Shown: positions 28,161 through 38,183, numbered from the stretch's first letter. The stretch is DNA of 64,000 nt from Limisphaerales bacterium (GCA_965242585.1 OZ251460.1:1244869-1308868), one strand, 5' to 3'. Notes: generated by a model not told the origin, from the sequence alone. A program made the numbers and translations.

Positions 28161-29900
28161 ATGACTACCATAAACCTAGATTACCAACCCGACGCGGCTT
28201 ACTATGGCGATTGCGAGGAAATCATCCAAGCGTGGAAAGAGCAAGGGGTGCAGGGCATCATCGATTTGATTTACCTCGACCCGCCCTTCAACTCCAACCG
28301 CAACTACGGCGCGCCCACCTCCAAAAACAAAAAGAGCGACAGCGGCTCCATCGCCGCATTCTCGGACATGTGGACTTACGACCAACCAGCCCGCGAACGA
28401 GTCGACCGCATCTGCAACCAACAGAAACTCCATCCCGCCCGCCAACTCATCCAGTGCTTGAAGCCGTATTTGGAAGCCAACGACCCCGGCATGCTGGCTT
28501 ACCTCGCTTACATGGCCGACCGCCTGCGCCTGTTAAAAGGATTACTCCGAGACACGGGAAGCATCTATCTGCATTGCGACCCTCATGCCAACTACTACCT
28601 GCGAATGCTCATGGACAGCATCTTCGGCGCAGAAAACTTTCGAAATGAAATTGTGTGGCTCAGAAAGCAAGGAGAGCGCCATAACCTAGCTAGATTAAGA
28701 ATGCCAAGTTCGCACGATGTGATTCTGTGGTATAACAAATCAAAAAAAGCCAAATACAACATTCAGTTCACTCCCTACTCAGATGACTACATCAAGAAAA
28801 ACTACAAATACAAAGATAAAAAGGGAGTCTACGCAACTTTCCCTTGCACTAATGATAAGGGCGGAAATCGAGAATACGAATTTAAAGGAATAACGAGAGC
28901 ATGGAGATTTTCACAAGCAAGAATGCAAAAAATGCACGACGAAAACTTATTAGTTCAAGCAACAGAAAAATCACCATTTCGATACAAAAAATATCTTGAT
29001 AAAACCGCTGGCATAAAAATTGAAGATGTATGGGTTGATATTCCACAAGTGCGGGGGGAAGAATGGCTTGGTTACCCTACCCAAAAGCCGTTGGCTTTGC
29101 TGGACCGCATCATCCAAGCGTCCACGAACGAAGGTGATATTGTGCTGGATCCGTTCTGCGGTTGTGGCACAGCCATGCACTCTGCCGTCAACAACAAGCG
29201 CCGGTTCATTGGCATGGATATTTCGGTGTTCACTATTTACGAAGTGGCGCGCAAACGACTCCAAAGAGAATGCGGGTTGGATGTTCCCATTTACGGTATT
29301 CCCACCAACTTTGAAGGCGCCAAACTGCTGGCGAAACAAGACAAATTCAAATTTGAAGCGTGGGCGGCGGAGTCGTTGAACTTTGGCAACATCGGCATCC
29401 GTTCCAAAACAATCCAAAGATGCGACGGCGGCATAGACGGCAAAGGCTGGCTTTACGGCCAAACCGAATACGGCGAAGACGAAATCATCGTCCAAGTCAA
29501 AGGCGGAGGATTTACTATCGATCAAGTCCGAGCCTTCAAAGACCGAATCAACTCTCTGCCCGGTGTTGCGGCGGGCATTTTCATCACTTTGGACGGCGAC
29601 AATCGCAAGGCGCCCAATGGTTTCCGCTGGACGAAGGGAATGGAAAGAGAGGCGTTGGATTGCGGCACTTTTAAGATGCCGAATGGCGAGCAATCCTTCC
29701 GCAGAATGCAACACTGGTCGGTGCGAGATAGATTCCAAGGCGAGGACGGCGTCTATCCCAAGATGCCGATAACGATTAATCCAGACAACGACAAACCGAT
29801 GGTAGAGATTGGCTCGACCATTCCCAACAAACCATTAGCGTTGGCAAACAAGCAGTCCCAACGACGTCGGCGCAACAGGAAAGAAGCCCCTCTCTTTTGA
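28161..29900 (+). CDS. Beta-class N6A/N4C DNA methyltransferase fused to a C-terminal Mrr-type (PD-(D/E)xK) nuclease domain
   Basis: Motif IV (IYLDPPFNSN) precedes motif I (VLDPFCGCGTAMHSA), which is the beta-class order. FRNEIVW is present. The C-terminal part has FEAWAAE, CDGGIDGKG, IIVQVKGG and AGIFITLDG, a Mrr_cat-like pattern. Confidence 0.8.
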   Translation: MTTINLDYQPDAAYYGDCEEIIQAWKEQGVQGIIDLIYLDPPFNSNRNYGAPTSKNKKSDSGSIAAFSDMWTYDQPARERVDRICNQQKLHPARQLIQCLKPYLEANDPGMLAYLAYMADRLRLLKGLLRDTGSIYLHCDPHANYYLRMLMDSIFGAENFRNEIVWLRKQGERHNLARLRMPSSHDVILWYNKSKKAKYNIQFTPYSDDYIKKNYKYKDKKGVYATFPCTNDKGGNREYEFKGITRAWRFSQARMQKMHDENLLVQATEKSPFRYKKYLDKTAGIKIEDVWVDIPQVRGEEWLGYPTQKPLALLDRIIQASTNEGDIVLDPFCGCGTAMHSAVNNKRRFIGMDISVFTIYEVARKRLQRECGLDVPIYGIPTNFEGAKLLAKQDKFKFEAWAAESLNFGNIGIRSKTIQRCDGGIDGKGWLYGQTEYGEDEIIVQVKGGGFTIDQVRAFKDRINSLPGVAAGIFITLDGDNRKAPNGFRWTKGMEREALDCGTFKMPNGEQSFRRMQHWSVRDRFQGEDGVYPKMPITINPDNDKPMVEIGSTIPNKPLALANKQSQRRRRNRKEAPLF

Positions 29901-30210
29901 TTTCGGTAAACCGCTGGTCAACATCGGCCACACTTTCTGATTCTCACTTTTGCGATTTGGGGACTGATGCCGTTCAACGAAACTATAAAATCATCAGTGG
30001 CCTATTTAGAGCTGCGACCTTGGACTGGGAAGCGGAGAGACCACCAGAAGTTCCATCGCTTTGCCGGCTTGCCAGAATTAGCGAATTGGTTGCCCCGCAA
30101 AGAAATGCTTGCCAAACTAAAAAAACTTTTTCGTTTGACAAACTAAACGAAATCTATGCAGGCGATATTTACAAAACCAGAAGGAGCAAAATGTTTGTGC
30201 CAAGCTTGGG

Positions 30211-31122
30211 TTATTCTGAAAAAAGGGCGGCGGCGAATTCTTTGGCTTGAAAAGGTTGTAGATCATCTGCTTGTTCGCCTACGCCGATGAATTTGACGGG
30301 GACGCCGAGTTCTTGCTGGATGGAAACGAGCATACCGCCGCGGCTGGTGCCGTCAAGTTTTGTGATAACGAGGCCGGTGAGCGGGGTGGTTTTGTTAAAT
30401 TCCCGGGCTTGATTGAGGGCGTTTCTTCCGGTGGAAGCGTCTAGAACCAACAGCACTTCGTGAGGCGCTCCGGGAAGTTTTTTCGCAACGACGCGGTGGA
30501 GTTTTTCCAGTTCTTTCATCAGGTTGTGTTTGGTGTGAAGCCGTCCGGCGGTGTCCAGCAACAGGTAGTCGCTGTGTTTTGCCATGGCGGCGGCAATGGC
30601 GTCGTGGGCGACGGAAGCCGGGTCCGAACCGTAGTTGCCGGCGGTGATTGGGATTTCGAGCCGACGGCTCCAAAGTTTGAGTTGATCAATTGCGGCGGCG
30701 CGAAAGGTATCGCAGGCGGCCATCCAGGGTTTGACGCTGTTTTCTTTGAGGCGGTGAGCCAACTTGGCGCAAGTGGTTGTTTTTCCGGTTCCATTGACGC
30801 CGACTAGGGAGACGATTGTGAGTCCTTCGTTTTGTTGGCGCAGAGAGGCGTCTTTTTGACCGAGCGCGGCTTCGACTTCTCGGCTGGCGATGGCGAAGAG
30901 GTTAGTCCCGTTGAGTCCTTGGGTTTCGTAAGCTTTTTTGGCGGCGTCCAGGATGCGTTGGGACATGGGAAGTCCAAAATCTGCCGCTAAGAGGGCTGCT
31001 TCGAGATTCTCGGCACTTTCTTTCGTCAGCTTGGGCGAGAGGGTAGCGATGCGCTTAATTTCTTGCGATAGCGCGGATTGAGTTTTTCTGAGGCCGTTCT
31101 TAAATTTTTGAAAAAGTCTCAT
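30211..31122 (-). CDS. ftsY: Signal recognition particle receptor FtsY (short form)
   Basis: SRP GTPase NG-domain motifs are GVNGTGKTTT, DTAGR and TKLDG. Confidence 0.93.
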   Translation of the reverse strand: MRLFQKFKNGLRKTQSALSQEIKRIATLSPKLTKESAENLEAALLAADFGLPMSQRILDAAKKAYETQGLNGTNLFAIASREVEAALGQKDASLRQQNEGLTIVSLVGVNGTGKTTTCAKLAHRLKENSVKPWMAACDTFRAAAIDQLKLWSRRLEIPITAGNYGSDPASVAHDAIAAAMAKHSDYLLLDTAGRLHTKHNLMKELEKLHRVVAKKLPGAPHEVLLVLDASTGRNALNQAREFNKTTPLTGLVITKLDGTSRGGMLVSIQQELGVPVKFIGVGEQADDLQPFQAKEFAAALFSE

Positions 31123-31170
31123 ATTGGCTTGCGGTTGTCTGTTTTGGCGAAATTTTTCTGCGTTGTTTTG

Positions 31171-31692
31171 TCAACTGGAATCGGAGGAAAGCCGATCCGC
31201 TTTGGGAACTGGCGTTCGGGCGGGGCGCATGAGATCCTGTCGAATGCGGTCGAGAATGCCGTTCACGAATCGTCCGCTGTCTTCGGTGGAAAATCGCTTG
31301 GAGATGTCGATAGCCTCGTTGATGCTGACGACTGGGGGAATATCCTCTCGGTAGTGCATTTCGTAGATGGCGAGGCGCAGGACGTTCCGGTCGACGACGG
31401 CCATGCGGTGGATGTCCCAGTGTTTCGCATGTTGTTTGATGGTGCGGTCAATTGTCTCCAAGTGTTCGAGAACGCCCTTGATAAGCCCGTCGCCGAAGAG
31501 TCGGACGGAGGCCTCTTCAGGGGTCGTTTCTTTGCGGGGAACGTCTGAGTTGCCGGAAGAAGGCTTGGTTTGGGCGGTTTTTTGTGAAGTCCAGAAACGA
31601 TCCAAAGCCTCTTCCAAATCCGGCAAGGGATTGAAGTCGTGCTGGAACAGAAACTGAACCGCTTTTTCTCTGGCTTCTCGGCGTGAGCGCAT
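31171..31692 (-). CDS. nusB: Transcription antitermination factor NusB
   Basis: It has the MRSRREAREKAVQFLFQ N-terminus and a conserved NEAIDISKRF...FVNGILD C-terminal block. Confidence 0.88.
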   Translation of the reverse strand: MRSRREAREKAVQFLFQHDFNPLPDLEEALDRFWTSQKTAQTKPSSGNSDVPRKETTPEEASVRLFGDGLIKGVLEHLETIDRTIKQHAKHWDIHRMAVVDRNVLRLAIYEMHYREDIPPVVSINEAIDISKRFSTEDSGRFVNGILDRIRQDLMRPARTPVPKADRLSSDSS

Positions 31693-31790
31693 TGGATGGT
31701 TGTGCGAATTGATTTGGAGGTTTTAACGGCTACCACAACTCTTGCCAATTTGGGATTGGGACGGCAAGCAATGGAGAAGCGAACGAGCCT

Positions 31791-32939
31791 TCAGTATTGA
31801 GGCACGTCGGGGTCAATTTCTTCCGACCATGCCATGATGCCTCCTCGAACGCTTTTCACGTGCTTAAATCCTTGCTCTCGGAGGAATCGCAACGCCTTGA
31901 GCGAGCGTCCGCCTTTTTTGCAGTGAAGATAGTAGGATTGATTGGGATCCAACTCGACAAATCGCTGCGGCAGTTGGCTCAGCGGGAACTGCGGCACTCC
32001 GTCCACGCGGGCAATTTCGAGTTCGTCCGGCTCGCGAACGTCAATCACTTGGATGCCGAGCGCAGCGTCTTGCAAGGCTTTTTGCATATCTTGGACGGTG
32101 ACTTCGTCTGGGTGCGTTTTTTCGGTTTTCGGCTCTTTGGGGACGCCGCAGAATTGTTGATAATCAATCAGCTTTGTGACCGAGGGGTTTTTGCCGCAAA
32201 CGGGGCATTCAGGATCGCGGCGGAGTTTCAATTCGCGAAACTTCATGTCCAGAGCGTTATAGAGAAGCAGGCGGCCGATCAGCGGAACGCCTCGTCCCAA
32301 GACGAGCTTGAGAATTTCAGTGGCTTGAATGCAACCGATGATGCCGGGCAAAATGCCGAGCACGCCGCCTTCCGCACAGCTGGGAACCATTCCCGGCGGC
32401 GGCGGTTCCGGGTAAAGGCAACGATAGCACGGCCCGCCAAGTTCGGGCGCAAACACGCTGGATTGTCCTTCGAATCGAAAAATGGAACCGTAGACGTTGG
32501 GCTTTTTGAGCAAAACGCAAGCATCGTTGGTCAAGTAGCGGGTGGGGAAGTTGTCGGTGCCGTCGACAACGACGTCGTACTTTGCAATGACGTTCATTGC
32601 GTTGTCGCTGGTCAGCGCGGCGTTGTAAAGTTCAACTTCCACCTCCGGATTGATGTCGTTAAGCGTTTCCCGCGCAGATTCACCTTTTGGTCTGCCGACG
32701 TCTTCCGTGCCGTGAAGGATTTGCCGTTGGAGGTTCGAAAAGTCAACGGTGTCGAAATCAACCAAACCGAGTTTGCCGATTCCGGCGGCGGCCAAATACA
32801 AGGCAATTGGAGAGCCGAGCCCTCCCGCTCCAACGCAAAGCACGGAAGCGGCGCGAATTTTCCTTTGACCTTCCATGCCCACTTCAGACAAAATGAGGTG
32901 TCTTGAGTATCGCCGTATTTCGTCGTTCGACAGTTCCAT
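31791..32939 (-). CDS. moeB: Molybdopterin-synthase adenylyltransferase (MoeB/ThiF) with C-terminal rhodanese domain
   Basis: It has RYSRHLIL, the GAGGLGSP nucleotide loop and CxxC pairs (CYRCLYP, CPVCG). The C-terminal rhodanese has the active-site HCKKGGRS. Confidence 0.88.
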   Translation of the reverse strand: MELSNDEIRRYSRHLILSEVGMEGQRKIRAASVLCVGAGGLGSPIALYLAAAGIGKLGLVDFDTVDFSNLQRQILHGTEDVGRPKGESARETLNDINPEVEVELYNAALTSDNAMNVIAKYDVVVDGTDNFPTRYLTNDACVLLKKPNVYGSIFRFEGQSSVFAPELGGPCYRCLYPEPPPPGMVPSCAEGGVLGILPGIIGCIQATEILKLVLGRGVPLIGRLLLYNALDMKFRELKLRRDPECPVCGKNPSVTKLIDYQQFCGVPKEPKTEKTHPDEVTVQDMQKALQDAALGIQVIDVREPDELEIARVDGVPQFPLSQLPQRFVELDPNQSYYLHCKKGGRSLKALRFLREQGFKHVKSVRGGIMAWSEEIDPDVPQY

Positions 32940-33012
32940 ATTGCAAAGTCAATTGGGGGACGATGTTAGGGATGCGGCGAAGAAAATCAAGCTGACAACG
33001 AAAGTTTTCCTG

Positions 33013-33864
33013 ATGGATGCAAACTTGCAAACAGCGGCGGCTCGGATTCGCGGCGCAGTTTCCGAAATGCCGTCTTTGGCGATTGTGTTAGGATCCGGCT
33101 TCCAAACAATCGCGGACGGCTGGACGGTCGAAGCTCGATTTTCTTTCGCCGACCTTCCGGGTTTCTTTGCGCCCGCAACGCCCGGCCACGAGCAAGCGGC
33201 CATTTTGGTAGCCGCCGCAGAAGGGTGTCGAACCGTATTTGTCTCCGGCCGAATGCACTTCTACGAAGGTCATCCCATAGCAACGGTGACGCTCCCCATC
33301 CGGGTGCTGGCTCGTTGCGGCGTGCAAGCAGTAGTGTTAACCAACGCCGCTGGAGGCATTCGGCAAGATTGGCAAGTCGGCGATCTTGTGTGTTTGAGCG
33401 ATCACATCAACTTCATGGGAGACAATCCTTTGCGCGGCCAAAACTGGACGGGCAATGGCGGCAAGTTTGCGGACTTATGCGGCCTGTATAGCGAACGACT
33501 CAATAGTTGCTTGGAGCGCAACGGCGGAAAACACGGATTTACCATGCGCCGGGGCGTGTATGTGGGCGTTTCCGGTCCGAGCTTTGAAACCCCCGCCGAG
33601 ATTCGGATGTTCGAGCGTTGGGGAGGCGATTTGGTGGGAATGAGCGCCGTGCCGGAATCTATCGTCGCCCGACAATGCGGTCTCGAAGTGGCGGGGTTGT
33701 CGTATATCGCTAATCTTGCAGCAGGTCGGGCCAAGTCTGAAATAAAACATAAGGAAGTTTTGGAAGAACTGCGTCGATCTGGGAAAAGGCTCGCCAAGTT
33801 TTTCTTAGACTTCTGTCTCGAAGCCGGCTTTCCTGAGAAAAGTGGTTGTTTGCCCGTTAACTAA
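33013..33864 (+). CDS. Purine nucleoside phosphorylase (trimeric PNP-I family)
   Basis: Blocks are LGSGF, SGRMHFYEGH, LTNAAGG, GPSFETPAE and VGMS. I chose the start at ATG 33013; the track ORF begins at 32875 and overlaps moeB. Confidence 0.88.
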   Translation: MDANLQTAAARIRGAVSEMPSLAIVLGSGFQTIADGWTVEARFSFADLPGFFAPATPGHEQAAILVAAAEGCRTVFVSGRMHFYEGHPIATVTLPIRVLARCGVQAVVLTNAAGGIRQDWQVGDLVCLSDHINFMGDNPLRGQNWTGNGGKFADLCGLYSERLNSCLERNGGKHGFTMRRGVYVGVSGPSFETPAEIRMFERWGGDLVGMSAVPESIVARQCGLEVAGLSYIANLAAGRAKSEIKHKEVLEELRRSGKRLAKFFLDFCLEAGFPEKSGCLPVN

Positions 33865-34211
33865 CTTGTGCTTGCCCTCTCGTGAAATATCTGATAAGAA
33901 CAGCGGCGCCAAAGTTTACAATAAAGTCTAATATGTATAATACAGAGGACAGAAAGGTATTATATGATTGATTTGATTTTATGCAATCGTGCTTTATGGG
34001 GTAAGCGCATTCCTATTATGATATTGAAACAATTGACATGGGATCCATTTTCATTAAAAATAGCTAAAAACGCCGAAGGATCTTTGAATTTCCAACGGAT
34101 TAGCATTAGGATGGTCGTGGCCGTTATGTTGTCTATAAAGAGAGTAAAAAGATGGATATATTCCCGTGTTTTCTCTCCGGCGAAGACGAAAAACAAAGGA
34201 GTTTGTTGAAA

Positions 34212-35264
34212 ATGAAGGCAGGCATTGTTGGCGCCTCCGGGTATTCCGGTGAGGAGATTGTTGGGCGGTTGCTTCGGCATCCCGAAGTGGAGATAGGGTT
34301 TGCGACTTCGCGTCAATACGCAGGAAGATCGCTAGCGTCCGTCTTTCCCCGATTCGCCATCTTTCCCGGTGCGGAACGAATTGTTTTTCGCCAGCCGGAT
34401 GTTGATTATATGGCGAGATCGGCCGAGATGGTTTTCCTGGCTTTGCCGCATGGTATGGCTTCTGAGTTTGCCTTGCCTCTTTTGCAAAAGGGAGTGCGGG
34501 TAATTGATCTAAGTGCCGATTTTCGTTTGGAAAAAGCGGAGATTTACGAAGAGTTTTACGGCCGGCCGCATCCGTCGCCGGAGCTTTTGGAACAGGCTGT
34601 TTACGGCATGCCGGAGCTTTATCGCAAGCAAATCCGGAGCGCCAATCTTATCGCCAGTCCCGGATGTTATCCCACAAGCGTCATTTTGCCTTGTTGGCCG
34701 TTGTTGCGAGAAGGATTAATCCGCCCGACGAGCATTATTGCGGATTCCTTAAGTAGCCCCAGCGGCGCAGGTCGCAAAGCGGACTTGGCGTTTCTTTTTG
34801 TGGAATGCAACGAAAGTCTCCGCCCTTACGGAATGCCTAAGCACAGGCATTTGCCGGAGATGGAGCAGGAGCTTTCCAAGGCGGCGGGACAAGCGTTGCG
34901 AGTGCAATTTACGCCGCATCTTGCTCCCGTCAGCCGGGGCATTTTGACTACGCTCTACCTTGCTCCCCAAGCCGAATTGGCTTCGGAAGAGGCTTTGTCT
35001 TTCTTACAATCTGAAATCCGCAATGCCTTCGACTCTGCTTACGGAAGCGAGCCCTTTGTCCGGCTTTTGGGAGAGGCGGACTTTCCCGACACAAAGAACG
35101 TTGCGAATACGAACATATTGGAAATTGCCTGGCGGTTGGACTCTCGCACGGGGCGTCTGGTTGTGATGAGCGCGGAGGATAACTTGGTCAAAGGGGCGGG
35201 GGGACAGGCGTTGCAGTGTATGAATCTAATGGCAGGCTTTCCTGAAACAACCGGCTTGATTTAA
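34212..35264 (+). CDS. argC: N-acetyl-gamma-glutamyl-phosphate reductase
   Basis: It has the GASGYSGEE Rossmann N-terminus (start ATG 34212) and the active-site SPGCYPTS. Confidence 0.9.
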   Translation: MKAGIVGASGYSGEEIVGRLLRHPEVEIGFATSRQYAGRSLASVFPRFAIFPGAERIVFRQPDVDYMARSAEMVFLALPHGMASEFALPLLQKGVRVIDLSADFRLEKAEIYEEFYGRPHPSPELLEQAVYGMPELYRKQIRSANLIASPGCYPTSVILPCWPLLREGLIRPTSIIADSLSSPSGAGRKADLAFLFVECNESLRPYGMPKHRHLPEMEQELSKAAGQALRVQFTPHLAPVSRGILTTLYLAPQAELASEEALSFLQSEIRNAFDSAYGSEPFVRLLGEADFPDTKNVANTNILEIAWRLDSRTGRLVVMSAEDNLVKGAGGQALQCMNLMAGFPETTGLI

Positions 35265-35316
35265 TGCCGGCGGTTTGCTATCCACGACGGGAAGATACGG
35301 GAATGATTGGAATTAT

Positions 35317-36513
35317 ATGAAACTCAATTGCTTTATAGTTTGCTTGTTTTTATGGAGTGCCGTCAGCGGCTTATGCGAGGTCGGTAAATCAACGGAATCA
35401 CCGGATGTGGAGAGGCAAATTGCGGTCCTTCAAGCGGTTGGCAAAGAAGGCAGCGGCAACGAGCGAGCCAAGGCCGCCCTCCGGAAATTAGAGCAGGCCG
35501 ACAGCCGATCTTTGCTTAAAGTTTTGGAAGCGATGGAAGAAGCCGAGGATCTAGGCTTGAATTGGCTACGGGCGGCGGCGGACACAATTATTGACCGCGA
35601 GTTGGCCTCCCAGCGCCCTTTGCCGCTTATTGAATTGGGTGAATTTCTTTTGGACGCCAGTCATCATCCCCGCGCCCGTCGTTATGCCTACGAGCTGCTT
35701 GTGCGGCTTGCGCCCGAAGCGGCGGCGCGCTTGCTCCCCGGAATGCTTTATGATCCAAGCATGGAACTGCGGCGCGACGCCGTCCAACGGCTGTTGGAAG
35801 AAGCGTCGGGAAAAAACTCGGCACAAGAAACGGTGTTGAGAACGCTCATTTATCGGCAAGCGCTTGGAGCGGCGCGGGAGGTCGATCAAATCCAATCCAT
35901 CGCGGACGAACTGCGCCGCTTGGGACAAGAAGTGGATTTGCCGAGACACTTTGGATTCTTGATGCGCTGGAAGGTAATCGGGCCGTTCGAGAACGCAAAT
36001 CGTCTAGGTTTCAATCGGGTGTTTCCGCCGGAAAACGAGATAAATTGGAATGCCGACTATTTGGGAAAGGAAGCAGCGAGGGCAAAGTGGCAGGATTTTG
36101 TCACCAACGACAAATATGGAATGGTGGACGTCAATCGCGTCTTTGGCCCCCTCAAAGAGGCCGTCGCTTATGCTTACGCCGAATTTGAAAGCCCCGAAGC
36201 CAGGCCGATAGAGCTTCGGCTCGGTTGCAAAAATGCTTGGAAAATCTGGCTGAACGGAGAGTTTTTGTTCGGACGAGATGAATATCATCGAGGCATGAAG
36301 ATTGATCAGTACCAAGTAAGAGGGCATTTGAAGCCGGGAAAAAACGAGATTCTGCTCAAAATCTGCCAAAACGAGCAAATGGAGGATTGGACGGTTCAAT
36401 GGCAGTTTCAACTCAGAGTCTGCGATAAAAACGGCACGGCTATCTTGAGTCAAAACCGCCTGCCGACCCCGATTGCCGCCAGAACAAAAAACACTCGCTC
36501 CACAATTCAATAA
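35317..36513 (+). CDS. Secreted protein: HEAT-like helical N-domain + C-terminal beta-sandwich module
   Basis: It has a signal peptide from ATG 35317. The N-half is helical and repeat-like. The C-half (WKVIGPF ... AYAYAEF ... KIWLNGEF ... LKPGKNEILLK) resembles the C-terminus of the 3141-aa TPR protein. Confidence 0.65.
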   Translation: MKLNCFIVCLFLWSAVSGLCEVGKSTESPDVERQIAVLQAVGKEGSGNERAKAALRKLEQADSRSLLKVLEAMEEAEDLGLNWLRAAADTIIDRELASQRPLPLIELGEFLLDASHHPRARRYAYELLVRLAPEAAARLLPGMLYDPSMELRRDAVQRLLEEASGKNSAQETVLRTLIYRQALGAAREVDQIQSIADELRRLGQEVDLPRHFGFLMRWKVIGPFENANRLGFNRVFPPENEINWNADYLGKEAARAKWQDFVTNDKYGMVDVNRVFGPLKEAVAYAYAEFESPEARPIELRLGCKNAWKIWLNGEFLFGRDEYHRGMKIDQYQVRGHLKPGKNEILLKICQNEQMEDWTVQWQFQLRVCDKNGTAILSQNRLPTPIAARTKNTRSTIQ

Positions 36514-36527
36514 AACGGAAAACAGAC

Positions 36528-37784
36528 ATGAAAAAGTTGAGAACCTTTATTTTGGTTTTTGTAGTTTTGAGATGGGGAAGTGCCATCGGCCTGCAAAGCG
36601 CGGACGCCCCCGATCTTCGATCTCTTTCCGAATGGCGGCACTTTCGAGGCACGGACGCCTCCGGTATTGTCCGAAGCGGAAAACCGCCCGTTTTGCTGGA
36701 TGCGGGAAAACACATCGCTTGGAAAGCGACGCTGCCGGGTCGAGGTTTGTCTAGCCCAATCGTGGTTGACGACCGAATTTTTCTCAGTTGCGCCAGCGGA
36801 GTCAATCAAGATCGGCTGCACGTTCGCTGCCATTCGACAAAAGATGGAACACTGCTTTGGGAGTGCCAGTTTTGGGCGACGGGACGAACCATGTGCCACG
36901 AAAAAACAAGCGTTGCCGCACCCACGCCGGCCTCCGACGGCAAACAAATCTACGTTCTATTTTCCTCCAACGATGTGTTTTGTCTGGATTTAGACGGCCG
37001 GCTGCAATGGCTACGCGGGCTGACGGCGGATTATCCCAACGCCAGCAACAGCTTGGGCATGGCCTCCTCGCCGATTGTCGTGGGGAACACTTTGGTCATT
37101 CAAAGCGAAAACGACAGCGAGTCTTTTGCCGTGGGACTGGACGTGGAAAACGGCAAGAACCGTTGGCGATTGGACCGCCCCAAAGCCGCCAACTGGACCT
37201 CGCCCGTTCTTTTGGAAGACGCCGCCGAAACGGGGCGAAAGATTGTGGCCATGCAATCCAGCAAAGGCATTTCTGCAATTGATCCGGCCACTGGAAAAAC
37301 GGTATGGAACTACTCAGACGGAGCGGCCACCATCCCTTCCAGCGTCGTCGCCGAAGGCATTTTGCTGGTGCCTTCGCGAGGCATTACGGCCTTGCGTCCC
37401 CGATCTGATTCCAATGAACCTGAAGAATTGTGGCGTTCCAGCCGGCTTCGTCCCGCTACGCCAAGCCCGGTTGTGCTTGGCGGCCGCATCTTCACAATCA
37501 ACCAAGCTGGAGTTCTTACTTGCGGAGATTTGCGCAATGGCCAAAGGCTTTGGCAACTAAGGTTAAAAGGCCCTTTCAGTAGTACGCCGGTGGGATGGGG
37601 CAAATATCTCTACCTTGTCAACGAAAACGGTCTGCTCCAAGTTGTCGACACCGAACCGAAAGAAGAAGGCGTTGTCGTCAGCCAAATGGATTTGGCCGAA
37701 ACCATTCTCTGCACTCCGGCCATTTATGGAGACGCTCTTTACCTGCGCAGCGACCGACACTTGTGGAAGATTGCCGAACCTTGA
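36528..37784 (+). CDS. PQQ-like/BamB-like beta-propeller repeat protein
   Basis: 418 aa with a signal peptide. It has repeated W/G-rich blades (GTLLW, GRLQW, GKNRW, GKTVW, GQRLW). It starts 14 nt after the preceding gene. Confidence 0.75.
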   Translation: MKKLRTFILVFVVLRWGSAIGLQSADAPDLRSLSEWRHFRGTDASGIVRSGKPPVLLDAGKHIAWKATLPGRGLSSPIVVDDRIFLSCASGVNQDRLHVRCHSTKDGTLLWECQFWATGRTMCHEKTSVAAPTPASDGKQIYVLFSSNDVFCLDLDGRLQWLRGLTADYPNASNSLGMASSPIVVGNTLVIQSENDSESFAVGLDVENGKNRWRLDRPKAANWTSPVLLEDAAETGRKIVAMQSSKGISAIDPATGKTVWNYSDGAATIPSSVVAEGILLVPSRGITALRPRSDSNEPEELWRSSRLRPATPSPVVLGGRIFTINQAGVLTCGDLRNGQRLWQLRLKGPFSSTPVGWGKYLYLVNENGLLQVVDTEPKEEGVVVSQMDLAETILCTPAIYGDALYLRSDRHLWKIAEP

Positions 37785-37840
37785 TCCTCCGCATGCTTTC
37801 TTGTTTAAATGAACAACGAAGATCGCAACGATAAAACCAG

Positions 37841-38089
37841 ATGGAAACGAACGACAAAATAAAAGCGCTCAAAGAACAAGCTTTGGACTGGATTAAGAAA
37901 GAACTTTCATATAATCCAGAGCATGTCCCAATAGGTATTGAAGATGCATTTCTGGAAGAGGATTGGGGAGAGCTAGAATCATACCTAGGTTGGTCCTCGG
38001 ACTGCCCAGACCCTTTACGCAATATTCTGCAAAGAATTCTAAACGAAATTCGGCTACAAGAATTTCGTAATAAACGTGGAAAACAATAA
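37841..38089 (+). CDS. Hypothetical small acidic protein
   Basis: 82-aa ORF in an AT-rich spacer. I recognise no family. Confidence 0.35.
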   Translation: METNDKIKALKEQALDWIKKELSYNPEHVPIGIEDAFLEEDWGELESYLGWSSDCPDPLRNILQRILNEIRLQEFRNKRGKQ

Positions 38090-38183
38090 CTAACTATTCG
38101 CATACCGACGAGGCGTTTTGGCATCAGGTTTCTTAGGTTTTTTGGATTGTTGGTTTAGGAAACCAGAAGTTGCAAAAGAGAAA

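Noticed and set aside
29967-30146. A 59-codon ORF (MPFNETIKSSVAYLELRPWTGKRRDHQKF...) downstream of the methyltransferase-Mrr gene. The track ORF 29897-30250 is also here.
   Set aside because: I recognise no family and there is no clear RBS. The track ORF overlaps the ftsY 3' end. The evidence is insufficient to call a gene.
31797-32906. Long antisense ORFs: 369 aa opposite moeB, and also 836-1570, 12263-13009, 14652-15845, 16912-17562, 50072-51049, 60798-61706 and the many ORFs within the TPR gene.
   Set aside because: These are shadow frames of strongly supported genes on the other strand. They have low-complexity Arg/Gly/Ala-rich translations and no recognisable motifs.
33865-34211. ORFs 33964-34209 (+) and 33960-34316 (-) in the AT-rich spacer upstream of argC.
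   Set aside because: They have odd composition, no motifs and no RBS, and they overlap each other. This is more likely non-coding promoter or leader DNA. It is still flagged as an unusually AT-rich 350-bp spacer.
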